From an uncultured Chitinophagaceae bacterium (GTDB taxonomy: Bacteria > Bacteroidota > Bacteroidia > Chitinophagales > Chitinophagaceae), in assembly GCA_964544695.1 (NCBI GenBank), contig CAZJDB010000154.1, positions 1,095-65,094 of the forward strand: a stretch of DNA of 64,000 bases. Direction: 5' to 3'. Position 1 is the stretch's first letter; each line of letters starts with the position of its first letter. The notes under the pieces were generated by a model. It did no database searches. It was not told where the DNA came from and saw only the letters and a list, made by a program, of their open reading frames with translations. This document shows, one piece after another, positions 19,727 through 28,452 of this stretch. The position numbers and the translations under genes are program-made.

Positions 19727-21283
19727 TTAGAACAATCCGTCGAAATCGAAAATGAATTTGCCGGGCTTGGGCAGTGGCTTGCGGGGCATCATATCCGGCC
19801 TCATAGCCGCATCATACACGAAAGCAGCCATGATAATGGCGGCCTGTTTCAAATCCGGAATGGAAAGGTGATCGTACACATCCATATTCGTGTGGTGCGT
19901 CCGGGATTCGTAATCCAGGGGATCCTGGATGAACTGGAAGCCGGGGATTCCCACGGCATCGAACGAGAGGTGATCCGTAGACCCCGTATTGCTGGGGGTC
20001 ACGCCCGTAGCACCCAGGTCGGCGAAGGGCGCCAGCCAGCTTCTAAAGATGTCCGCCACCGCGGAATTGTTTTGGGTATAAATGCCCCGGATCTTCCCCG
20101 TACCGTTGTCCAGGTTGAAGTAAACGGAGACTTTTTTCTGTTCGGGGGTCAGGTGCATGTCGGTGGCGCTCCCGAAGTGTTTTTTGACGTACCCATAGGA
20201 ACCCAGGAGGCCTTCCTCCTCGCCACCCCACAGGGCGACCCGGATCGTGCGTTTGGGATGTGCGCCCAGGGTTTGCAGGAGGCGTACCGCTTCCATGGCG
20301 ATGATGCATCCGGCCCCGTTGTCGGTGGCGCCGGTGCCCGATTGCCAGCAATCCAGGTGCCCTCCCAGCATGACGACCTGGCTGCCCAGGCTGGGGTCGG
20401 TGCCCGGAATTTCGGCGACGACGTTATAGCCCTCCACAAGCCCGTCGGGTATTTCGTTTTGTATCTCTATGTCCAGGGTCGTCCCGACATGCCGTTGGGC
20501 GAGTCTTTGCAGCCGCAGGTAGTCCTCGGTAGCCAGGGAAAGCTCAGGCACGACGGAGGGGTACTTACCCGTGGCCTCCAGCCAGTCCCCGTCCGCATAG
20601 ACGGTACCGTCCTCGAAATTCCCTATGTTGAGCAAGGCCAGGGCTCCTTCATCGTGCAGGTATTGCTTGACATGGTTTTCATTCTTCAGGTAGTTCGCAT
20701 AAAACGCGATCAGACCGGGTTCGATCATATAAGCATCCGGTAACGTATTCAGACTGTCGGCATCCAGGCGCGTGGCATCGGGTTTCAGGGGAACGGGAAG
20801 GGTGTCTTTACGGTTAAGGATCATTACGATCGCGCCTTTCAGAGAGCTCCCCGCGCGTGCTACGTTTGCGGAATCCAGCGCATCCAAAAGGACCACCTTT
20901 CCCGAGATCTTTCCCCCCGTGCCCGGGGACCATGCCCTGGCATAGGCAATGAGGGAATGGTAATAAGGAACGGTCATGGCGGCGTATACGTAATGGTTTG
21001 TCCAGGACTTGCCGAAGGTTCCCCAGGATTCCTTCGCGGCGTTTTTCAAACCCCAACGCTGGAAGGTTTGGACGGCCCAGGCGCAGGCCTGGTCGAACCC
21101 CGGAGAGCCGGTCAGGCGGGGACCCACCCCATCGGTAAGCTCCTGGGCGATTTGGGTCACTCCGGAGTGGTTCATTTCCTCATTCCGGATTTTTTGCATC
21201 ATATCCAGGTCCACGTTTTCGGTTTGGGCCCGTAAAGCAAGGCCCAGGGCCAGGCAGGTAAGAGATAGCAGCGTTTTCTTCAT
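19727..21283 (-). CDS. M28 family secreted metallopeptidase
   Basis: GGHLDCW, GATDNGAG, GEEEGLLGS, TDHLSF, HHTNMD. Confidence 0.9.
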   Translation of the reverse strand: MKKTLLSLTCLALGLALRAQTENVDLDMMQKIRNEEMNHSGVTQIAQELTDGVGPRLTGSPGFDQACAWAVQTFQRWGLKNAAKESWGTFGKSWTNHYVYAAMTVPYYHSLIAYARAWSPGTGGKISGKVVLLDALDSANVARAGSSLKGAIVMILNRKDTLPVPLKPDATRLDADSLNTLPDAYMIEPGLIAFYANYLKNENHVKQYLHDEGALALLNIGNFEDGTVYADGDWLEATGKYPSVVPELSLATEDYLRLQRLAQRHVGTTLDIEIQNEIPDGLVEGYNVVAEIPGTDPSLGSQVVMLGGHLDCWQSGTGATDNGAGCIIAMEAVRLLQTLGAHPKRTIRVALWGGEEEGLLGSYGYVKKHFGSATDMHLTPEQKKVSVYFNLDNGTGKIRGIYTQNNSAVADIFRSWLAPFADLGATGVTPSNTGSTDHLSFDAVGIPGFQFIQDPLDYESRTHHTNMDVYDHLSIPDLKQAAIIMAAFVYDAAMRPDMMPRKPLPKPGKFIFDFDGLF

Positions 21284-21339
21284 GGTGAGCCAAGATAGGT
21301 GTTTGGATCGGATTTTAAAAACGGGCGTACCTTTACGGC

Positions 21340-21834
21340 ATGTCTGAAGATTTACAAATTGCAGGAGGTACGAAGGAAGATCAATATGAATCCCTCCTTC
21401 CCCAAATCCGTGGCCTCCTCCAGGGCGAAACCGACATGGTCGCCAACCTGGCCAACGTGGCGGCGGCGCTGAAAGAGCAATTCGGATGGCTTTGGGTGGG
21501 GTTCTACCTTATAAAAGGGGACACGCTTGTCCTTGGCCCCTTTCAGGGACCCGTGGCCTGCACCCGGATCCGCCATGGACGAGGCGTTTGCGGTACCGCC
21601 TGGGCGAAGGCGGAAACGCTGATCGTTCCCGACGTAGAAGCCTTTCCCGGGCACATTGCCTGCAGCAGCCTCTCCCGGTCCGAAATCGTCGTGCCGCTGC
21701 TTCAAAATGGAACCGTATGGGGTGTTTTGGATGTGGACAGCGAGGCCCTGGAAGCGTTCGATTCGACAGACCAGGTATACCTGGAACGCGTGACGGCCAT
21801 GCTGGCGGATTCTGGCACGGTTCTTTCCAATTAA
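21340..21834 (+). CDS. msrC: GAF-domain free methionine-(R)-sulfoxide reductase
   Basis: WVGFY, LGPFQGPVACTRI..GRGVCGTA, FPGHIACS, SEIVVP, LDVDS. Confidence 0.85.
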   Translation: MSEDLQIAGGTKEDQYESLLPQIRGLLQGETDMVANLANVAAALKEQFGWLWVGFYLIKGDTLVLGPFQGPVACTRIRHGRGVCGTAWAKAETLIVPDVEAFPGHIACSSLSRSEIVVPLLQNGTVWGVLDVDSEALEAFDSTDQVYLERVTAMLADSGTVLSN

Positions 21835-21852
21835 ATAGAAAATATAAGACCT

Positions 21853-22080
21853 ATGGCATCCAGAAACTCCACTTTTCTCATCGGCCTGATGGCCGCCGCG
21901 GCCGTAGGCGCCGCCCTGGGACTTTTACTGGCCCCCAAGAAAGGAAGCGAAACCAGAAAGGACATCCAGGATAAGATCAACGATCTGTCCGACCAGGTCA
22001 AGCGTATATCGAAGAAGGCCAGGCATCAGGTGAACAACCTGCACGACGATTACGTCACAGGGTCTTCAGGTATTCAATAA
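21853..22080 (+). CDS. YtxH domain protein
   Basis: AAVGAALGLLLAPKKGSETRKDI signature. Confidence 0.88.
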   Translation: MASRNSTFLIGLMAAAAVGAALGLLLAPKKGSETRKDIQDKINDLSDQVKRISKKARHQVNNLHDDYVTGSSGIQ

Positions 22081-23434
22081 TGTCGCGCCTTTCTTTTTCA
22101 GAAAGCTTGTCACCGAAAGTGTGTCCGTAGTTACCATAACCCGGCAGTGTGGTATTATACACGGTACTCCCCCCGGGCTCTTTGAAGGTCTTGAACCGGA
22201 AGCCCACCGAAAGGAAGTCGTACGCCGTTTTTGTACCGGAAAAGCGACTCCAGTAGGTGGGCCTTTTTTTGCTATCCAGTACCCCCTCCAGCGTGGGAAC
22301 CGAGCCGTTATGGAAATACGGCGCCGTGATCCAGATGCCATCCAGGGGAGGGGCAATGTACCCGTCGAAGGGCACGAGGCAGGCAGGGTAAGGTCCCTGG
22401 CTAAACCAACTGCGGTTGAACCAATCGATGAACTGGGGATACTGGAAATTGCTGATATACAATAAGGAGTCCGTTCGAATGATGGATTCAGGGATGAGCA
22501 GGTTGGGATAAGATTCATCGGAACCATAAGTTCCGTGGCAGCGGGCGCAAGCCGTATTGAAGAGGACTTTACCCTTAGCGGCCATTTCGGTATCGACTGG
22601 ATAAGGGTATTTGGGGGGCTCCAGGGTGAGGAGCCACGCCAGGATATCGGGCGTGTGCCGGTCCACCTCGTTCGCTTCTGCCGAATCCATGGTGGTCAAC
22701 AAGTTGCTGGCCATAAGGAACTTTCCGAAGTCGCCACGTCCAAACCCATTATAGAACATCGCGTGTTTCTTTTTCAGGAGCCACCAGGCCGGTACGTCCG
22801 TGGGGATAACACGGTCCGGAATGGAAAGCACGGGTGTATCCCTCCAGTTCAGGGTAACAGGATCCCGATGGGCTGCCAAAACTGCCGCCAGGCGATCGGC
22901 AATATTTACGCCCCTGATCGGAACGGTAATGGATGGGTAGACGGCAGCGGTTACCCGGATGAAATCCTTGGCGGCCTCATATTTGGCGGAATTTTTCCCC
23001 GAAAAGGTTTTGAGAATGGTCTTGAGTTGTTCGGCGTTCGCGCGTTTGTTGAGGGTGAAATCATTGTCCGTGTTTCCAAGGCCGATGATGAGGCTGTCAC
23101 CGAATACCTGGGCGTGGCACTGGAGGCAGTTGGGGACTACCACGGTCACCCCGTTAAAAGCCTTTACGGCAGTATAGTTATAAGGAATGTCATGGTTGAG
23201 GCTGTCCCTTTTGAGAAGGTGTTGCTTGTCGCGACCCAGTGCCATCCGGAATATATCGTAGGGTATACCGCTTCTTAGATAGTCCCCGGATACCACATAC
23301 TGGTACCCAAGCGCCGGATCTCCCTGACGCTGAGGACTTGGGGGTATGTATACGGGCTTGGATTGGGGTAGCTCCACGGCCCACACGTATAAAACCACGC
23401 TGATGAGCAAACCTATGCCGACGGACCTTTTCAT
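22055..23434 (-). CDS. Di-heme c-type cytochrome, RoxA/peroxidase-like
   Basis: CLQCH and CARCH heme motifs; WITAPYFHNGSVPTL; C-terminal GYGNYGHTFG; N-terminal signal/anchor. Confidence 0.8.
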   Translation of the reverse strand: MKRSVGIGLLISVVLYVWAVELPQSKPVYIPPSPQRQGDPALGYQYVVSGDYLRSGIPYDIFRMALGRDKQHLLKRDSLNHDIPYNYTAVKAFNGVTVVVPNCLQCHAQVFGDSLIIGLGNTDNDFTLNKRANAEQLKTILKTFSGKNSAKYEAAKDFIRVTAAVYPSITVPIRGVNIADRLAAVLAAHRDPVTLNWRDTPVLSIPDRVIPTDVPAWWLLKKKHAMFYNGFGRGDFGKFLMASNLLTTMDSAEANEVDRHTPDILAWLLTLEPPKYPYPVDTEMAAKGKVLFNTACARCHGTYGSDESYPNLLIPESIIRTDSLLYISNFQYPQFIDWFNRSWFSQGPYPACLVPFDGYIAPPLDGIWITAPYFHNGSVPTLEGVLDSKKRPTYWSRFSGTKTAYDFLSVGFRFKTFKEPGGSTVYNTTLPGYGNYGHTFGDKLSEKERRDIIEYLKTL

Positions 23435-23504
23435 TATGAATTTTAAATGTGTATATTTATTTATAGTCTCTGGTTACGTTTTAATGCAATTTACTTTTAT
23501 TCCG

Positions 23505-23933
23505 ATGTATAACACCTACAGTTTCTCCAAATCGGACTATGCTGCCATGTTGCAGCATATGGTCGACCTCCTGCCGGAATGGATGTTCTTGTACGATCCA
23601 TCCGGGGACATGGTGGTTTACCACAATCAAAAGAAGGGAAGATTATTCGATGACCTGGCGCCTGCTCCCGTTACCCTTCGGCAATTGCTGGGACACAGGG
23701 TCCTCGAGGAGGACTGGCCCATCCTGGAGAAGAATGCCCGCCAGTTGCTCAGCCTGGGGGAAGGAGATATTCACGAGATACGCTTCCGGGTTCATGCCCG
23801 CGACCTGGTCCCTGCGTATCGTTGGTTTTCCTTTCGTCAAAAAGTATTTTTCCAGGACGAAGGTTCGGGCGTCAAGATGATCCTATGCCTTACTTCGGAA
23901 GTGAAACATCAATATCCCATTTATCTGCAGTGA
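23505..23933 (+). CDS. Stand-alone PAS-like domain protein
   Basis: PEWMFLYD...VVYHN, HRVLEEDW, EIRFRV....YRWFSFR pattern resembles a PAS/PAC fold. Confidence 0.6.
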   Translation: MYNTYSFSKSDYAAMLQHMVDLLPEWMFLYDPSGDMVVYHNQKKGRLFDDLAPAPVTLRQLLGHRVLEEDWPILEKNARQLLSLGEGDIHEIRFRVHARDLVPAYRWFSFRQKVFFQDEGSGVKMILCLTSEVKHQYPIYLQ

Positions 23934-24109
23934 CTTTGGGCGTCTGGAGGCAAATAGCGGAGTATTTATATTTGAAAAAGCGCGATCCTAACGCGCCTCG
24001 TAATTCCTACATCCGTATGATGCACGGGATGAACCGGATTTCCATTTTCGTTTTCCTGGGTTGCCTGTTGTTCATGCTGTACAAACTGATCAGGCATTTT
24101 TTCCACTAA
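23930..24109 (+). CDS. Small membrane protein, DUF6728-like
   Basis: YLYLKKRDPNAPRNSYIRMMHGMNRISIFVFL; GTG start overlaps the upstream TGA. Confidence 0.7.
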   Translation: MTLGVWRQIAEYLYLKKRDPNAPRNSYIRMMHGMNRISIFVFLGCLLFMLYKLIRHFFH

Positions 24110-25193
24110 ATGCTACGATTTGCCGCGCTGCCTGTGCGGATGCATCTCCATCCTGCTGCAACAACGTTTTCAGGCTTGCATAGTCCTCTTTGATTCGCGC
24201 GCGATAGGCCTCGTTGTTCAACAGCCTTTCCAACTCGTCACCCACCGTCGTGGGATTCATATCATCTTGTATCAACTCGCGCACCACGGGCTTGTCCATG
24301 ATGAGGTTGACCAGCGAAATATATTTCACCTTGATGAGGCGCCTGGCAATCTGGTACGAAATGGGGTCCCCTTTGTAACAAACGGCCTCGGGGACGCCGA
24401 ACAGGGCCGTTTCCAGGGTGGCCGTTCCCGAGGTGACCAGCGCCGCCTCCGACTGCAGCAACAGACCATAGGTATTGCCCCGGATCGATTGCACCCCGGG
24501 ATAGCCTTGTAAAAATTCCTTGTAGAAATCCTCGTCCAACCCGGGAGCCTTGGCCACAATGAATTGATGGGAGGGAAAGCGGGTGCTTACGGCTAACATA
24601 ACCGGAAGTTGTACAGACACTTCTTGTTTACGGCTGCCCGGCAACAAGGCGACGATCGGCTTATCCCCGAGGGGCTTGCCGGCTTTTGCCGCGGCCACCA
24701 CTTCCACCAGCGGATGCCCCACATAATCGACCTCATAATCCCAACGCCGGTAAAAGTCCTTTTCAAAGGGCAGGATCACCAGCATCTTATCCACCGAGGT
24801 CTTGATCGATTTGACACGGTTTTCCTTCCAGGCCCAGACTTGGGGGGAGATATAGTAGATCACCTTCAGGCCCTGGTCGTGAGCCCACCGCGTCAGGCGC
24901 AGGTTGAAACCGGGATAGTCGATGAGGATGAGGGCGTCGGGGCGAAAAGCCAGCATATCTTCGCGGGCGAAACGGAGGTTCCTGAAAATGGTCGGCAGGT
25001 TCCGGATGATTTTTACGAAGCCCATAAAGGCAAGGTCCCTGTAATGCTTGACAAGATGGACGCCGGCAGCCGCCATAAGGTCCCCTCCCCAGCCCCGGAA
25101 TTCGGCATCGGGATCCAGCGCCTTGATGGCCTTCACCAGGTTGCTCCCGTGCAGATCGCCGGACGCTTCCCCGGCAATGAGATAGTAGCGCAT
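24090..25193 (-). CDS. lpxB: Lipid-A-disaccharide synthase
   Basis: MRYYLIAGEASGDLHG, IDYPGFN, SPQVWAW, LLPGSR, SGTATLE. Confidence 0.96.
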   Translation of the reverse strand: MRYYLIAGEASGDLHGSNLVKAIKALDPDAEFRGWGGDLMAAAGVHLVKHYRDLAFMGFVKIIRNLPTIFRNLRFAREDMLAFRPDALILIDYPGFNLRLTRWAHDQGLKVIYYISPQVWAWKENRVKSIKTSVDKMLVILPFEKDFYRRWDYEVDYVGHPLVEVVAAAKAGKPLGDKPIVALLPGSRKQEVSVQLPVMLAVSTRFPSHQFIVAKAPGLDEDFYKEFLQGYPGVQSIRGNTYGLLLQSEAALVTSGTATLETALFGVPEAVCYKGDPISYQIARRLIKVKYISLVNLIMDKPVVRELIQDDMNPTTVGDELERLLNNEAYRARIKEDYASLKTLLQQDGDASAQAARQIVAFSGKNA

Positions 25194-25519
25194 TAAAGGA
25201 GTTTGATGAGCAGGGCTGCGATGACGTACAGGCAGGTCGTCAGGAAAATGCCCTTGGCCGTGCGGTCCCGGCCCGTATTGACGTATAACGTAAAGAGGAT
25301 CGCATTGGCCAGGAGGGAAAGGCTCGTTACCACCGTCAGGAGGCTGTGCTGGGTCATGAGCTGGTTCAGGAATTCCCGGAAGGTTATGTAGGACATCTTG
25401 ATCCAGTAATAGATGCAACATCCCAGACAGGGAGCCAATAACCCCAGCACCATTCCATATCCCACGTGGTCCTGCTTGAAAAATCTGAACCGGTCCTTTT
25501 TGACGCTTACAATTGCCAC
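25193..25519 (-). CDS. Hypothetical 3-TM membrane protein
   Basis: Three hydrophobic segments; coupled between surE and lpxB; GTG start uncertain. Confidence 0.7.
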   Translation of the reverse strand: MAIVSVKKDRFRFFKQDHVGYGMVLGLLAPCLGCCIYYWIKMSYITFREFLNQLMTQHSLLTVVTSLSLLANAILFTLYVNTGRDRTAKGIFLTTCLYVIAALLIKLL

Positions 25520-26292
25520 GTTTTTTCCAATTGTTGTTTTATGGTATAATTGGTCATGTCGAACTGAACGGGGACCACGCTCACGTAATTGTTTTGCAAG
25601 GCCCATACGTCGGTATCTTTCCCTTCGTCAAAGTTTACGAATTCTCCCGTTAACCAATAATATTTTTTCCCACGGGGATCCATGCGTTCGTTGAAATCTT
25701 CTTCATATTTCGCATAGGCCTGGCGGCAGACCTTCACACCCTGGATCTGATCCATCGGGACCGCGGGGATATTGACGTTCAGGGAAAGGTGGCGATGGAC
25801 CTTATCCTTCATCACCTTTTCGACCAGCATGTGGGCATAATACCGGGCGGCCGTAAAGTCCGCTTCGAGGCTATAGTCCAGGAGGGAAAAACCCAGGGAG
25901 GGAATACCCTCGATGGCGGCTTCGATGGCGGCGCTCATGGTCCCGGAATAAATAACGTTGATGGAATGGTTGGGTCCGTGGTTGATGCCCGACAGGCAAA
26001 TATCCGGCTTTCGGTGCAGTACCTTATCCACGGCCAGCTTGACACAATCCACGGGGGTGCCGCTGCATTGCCAGGCCTCGATGCCATCCATCATCAGGTT
26101 CACGGGATCCAGGCGGAGAGGATATCCGATGGTAATGGCGTGCCCCATTCCCGATTGGGGCTTGTCGGGGGCTACGATGACGATATGTCCCAAATCCTGT
26201 ACAGCTTCGACCAGGTTACGGATGCCGGGTGCGGTCACTCCATCGTCGTTGGTCACCAGGATGACCGGTTTTTCTTGCTTCGATTGTGCCAT
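25507..26292 (-). CDS. surE: 5'/3'-nucleotidase SurE
   Basis: ILVTNDDG, GTPVDCVK, SGINHG.N, YSGTMSAA. Confidence 0.96.
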   Translation of the reverse strand: MAQSKQEKPVILVTNDDGVTAPGIRNLVEAVQDLGHIVIVAPDKPQSGMGHAITIGYPLRLDPVNLMMDGIEAWQCSGTPVDCVKLAVDKVLHRKPDICLSGINHGPNHSINVIYSGTMSAAIEAAIEGIPSLGFSLLDYSLEADFTAARYYAHMLVEKVMKDKVHRHLSLNVNIPAVPMDQIQGVKVCRQAYAKYEEDFNERMDPRGKKYYWLTGEFVNFDEGKDTDVWALQNNYVSVVPVQFDMTNYTIKQQLEKTWQL

Positions 26293-26402
26293 AGTGCAGT
26301 TCCTTAGGTTGCGGCGCCCCTTTTGGGGGTCCGCGCCCCGGGCGCATTACGTTGCTAAGATCTTACATTGTTGGGGGTCAGCCAAATAAATTTGTTTTGT
26401 AA

Positions 26403-26438
26403 CTAAAAAAATTAGTATTTTAGCTCCAAATTTCTTAG
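26403..26438 (+). promoter_or_regulatory. Tandem CTAA-N5-TTAG operator sites upstream of the repressor
   Basis: CTAAaaaaaTTAG (26403-26415) and CCAAatttcTTAG (26426-26438) flank a TATTTTAG -7-like box. Confidence 0.7.
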
Positions 26439-26442
26439 CAGT

Positions 26443-27198
26443 ATGGCTATCGCCGGAAAAAACCTGAAATTCCTGCGCAAATTGCGGGGCTGGACCCAGG
26501 AAGAATTCGCCACCCGACTTGGCATCAAACGCTCCTTGCTGGGGGCATATGAAGAAGAAAGGGCCGAACCCAGGACAGACGTCCTGGAAGTGGTTTCGGA
26601 CATTTTCAAGGTCACCCTGGACGACCTGCTTCGCAGTGATATCAGCGAGCAATCCGGAGGGAACTACTTGTCCAAGCGGAGGCAGCTCAAACTGACCACC
26701 GGAACCGAGGCCGTCATCCCTTTCATCCCCGTCAAAGCCGCCGCCGGTTACCTCAGCGGGTACGGAGATCCGGAATTCGTGGACGAGCTCAATACCTTTA
26801 CCCTCCCCATGCTGGCCTCCGGAAATTACCGGGCCTTCGAAATCGTCGGAGACTCCATGCTGCCTACCCCCAGCGGTTCGGTGATCGTGGGAGAAAAGGT
26901 AGATGATCCCGAAACGATGCGAAACAACCAGGCCTACATAGTAGTTTCGCGGACCGAAGGGATCGTCTACAAGCGCGTCATGAAGAACAACCGCTCCAGG
27001 ACCAAGGTGACTTTGGTGAGCGACAATCCCGTTTACGAGCCCTACCAGGTGAGCGTAGAAGATATCATGGAAATTTGGCAGGCTCAGGTGGTCATCACCA
27101 AGGTGAGCCCGCAACAACGCTACGACGTCACCTCCCTGAGCAACCTGGTCAGCAACCTCCAGGAGCAGGTCAGCGCCCTCAAGAAGAAATTGCCTTAA
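26443..27198 (+). CDS. XRE-HTH + S24 peptidase repressor (LexA/CI-like)
   Basis: HTH TQEEFATRLGIKRSLLGAYEEERAEP; AAAGY cleavage site; GDSM catalytic Ser; VYKR catalytic Lys. Confidence 0.92.
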   Translation: MAIAGKNLKFLRKLRGWTQEEFATRLGIKRSLLGAYEEERAEPRTDVLEVVSDIFKVTLDDLLRSDISEQSGGNYLSKRRQLKLTTGTEAVIPFIPVKAAAGYLSGYGDPEFVDELNTFTLPMLASGNYRAFEIVGDSMLPTPSGSVIVGEKVDDPETMRNNQAYIVVSRTEGIVYKRVMKNNRSRTKVTLVSDNPVYEPYQVSVEDIMEIWQAQVVITKVSPQQRYDVTSLSNLVSNLQEQVSALKKKLP

Positions 27199-27273
27199 AG
27201 CGGGTCCGCGTCCCCAAGAAGAATTTGCTTTAGTGACAGGATTTTAATTATCTTGGCGGAAATCCTCTGCAAT

Positions 27274-27771
27274 ATGGCCGCCAACGATCTCCAGGAATCC
27301 GAACAAAAGAAACTCACCAGCACGCTGAACGTCACTACTATTTTGACTTTTATCGGCTGTGGTGTAGCCGTGTTGTCCCAACTCGTTGCCTTTTTCGGCG
27401 CACAAAGCAATTATGACAAAGCCATACAGGCAAGTGCGGATGTGAACAACAATTCGAGCTCGTCCAATTTGGCGAAGTCATTGATCGGACCCAAGGTGAT
27501 TGAAATGTTTCATCGCGAGTTGATTCACAAGACCCCGATCCTGCTCATTGGTTTGGCCGGGGTTGTCTTGTGCCTGATCGGTGCCATCCTGATGCGCTCC
27601 CTGAAAAAAAGAGGATTCCCGATATACGCCGTGGGAGAGTTACTGCCATTTGCGGCATATTACTTTATCCAACCCACAGGATTGTCCGCCATGATCGGCA
27701 TGATGGTTACTGTGGTGGTCGTGATCGTGTTCCTTGGCCTTTACGTTTCCCAACTGAGGTACATGAAATAA
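27274..27771 (+). CDS. Hypothetical 4-TM membrane protein
   Basis: Four hydrophobic segments; TILTFIGC motif. Confidence 0.7.
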   Translation: MAANDLQESEQKKLTSTLNVTTILTFIGCGVAVLSQLVAFFGAQSNYDKAIQASADVNNNSSSSNLAKSLIGPKVIEMFHRELIHKTPILLIGLAGVVLCLIGAILMRSLKKRGFPIYAVGELLPFAAYYFIQPTGLSAMIGMMVTVVVVIVFLGLYVSQLRYMK

Positions 27772-28411
27772 CGTCGTCGTTAACGATGGCGAATAACTGG
27801 TCTCCGGGACGGCTCTCTACGCGGGCCGTGCCGGTAAAGCGCCCGAATGCGGGCAAAATGGCATAGTCTTTTCCAAAATAAAAGCATGGAAAACGTAAAG
27901 CCTGTTTACCCGCGCCCACCATGGTTATTGCGGGGTGCAGGTGGCCGGTGAACAAATAGTTCCCGGCCGGCGCCTCATCCACTGGTGGCTCATGTGTGAA
28001 TGAGAGTCCTCCCCTTTCCCAAACCCCTTCGTGCACCTCGATACCCGCGTTTACGTACCATTCATCCGTGAGAATATCGTGATTCCCCCGCACGAGATGT
28101 ATGTTCAGGTGGGCCAGGTCGTCCCTCCACTTGCGAAAAAGATTCAGCTCCATATTGTCATGGCTGTGAAAGAGGTCCCCCACGACGAGGAGGTCCCGGG
28201 CTCCGAAAAACTGCAGGAGGTGCACGAGCCTCGTCAAATCTTCCTTATATACTTCCTGGGGAACGGCAATACCTGATTTGCGGAAATGGCCCGTTTTACC
28301 AAGGTGGCAGTCGGAGACCAGTAGCGTGTTACTTGATTCCCAGTATATGGCGCGGTGCGGCGTAAGCCAGAGTTGTTCTCCGGCGATCTTCAATGGCGTC
28401 AGTCCCTTCAT
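27707..28411 (-). CDS. pdeM: Ligase-associated DNA damage response endonuclease (metallophosphoesterase)
   Basis: SDCHLGK, GDLFH, GNHD, THEP, GHLHP, LPAFGRFTG; next to Lhr-like helicase. Confidence 0.9.
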   Translation of the reverse strand: MKGLTPLKIAGEQLWLTPHRAIYWESSNTLLVSDCHLGKTGHFRKSGIAVPQEVYKEDLTRLVHLLQFFGARDLLVVGDLFHSHDNMELNLFRKWRDDLAHLNIHLVRGNHDILTDEWYVNAGIEVHEGVWERGGLSFTHEPPVDEAPAGNYLFTGHLHPAITMVGAGKQALRFPCFYFGKDYAILPAFGRFTGTARVESRPGDQLFAIVNDDVISCTSVGKRKGQGTRSRPPQ

Positions 28412-28452
28412 CCGGCGACAAATATCGGAAATTGCCGTGGCTCCGCGCGGTG

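Noticed and set aside
26347..27117. 256-aa minus-strand ORF
   Set aside because: Antisense shadow of the XRE/S24 repressor
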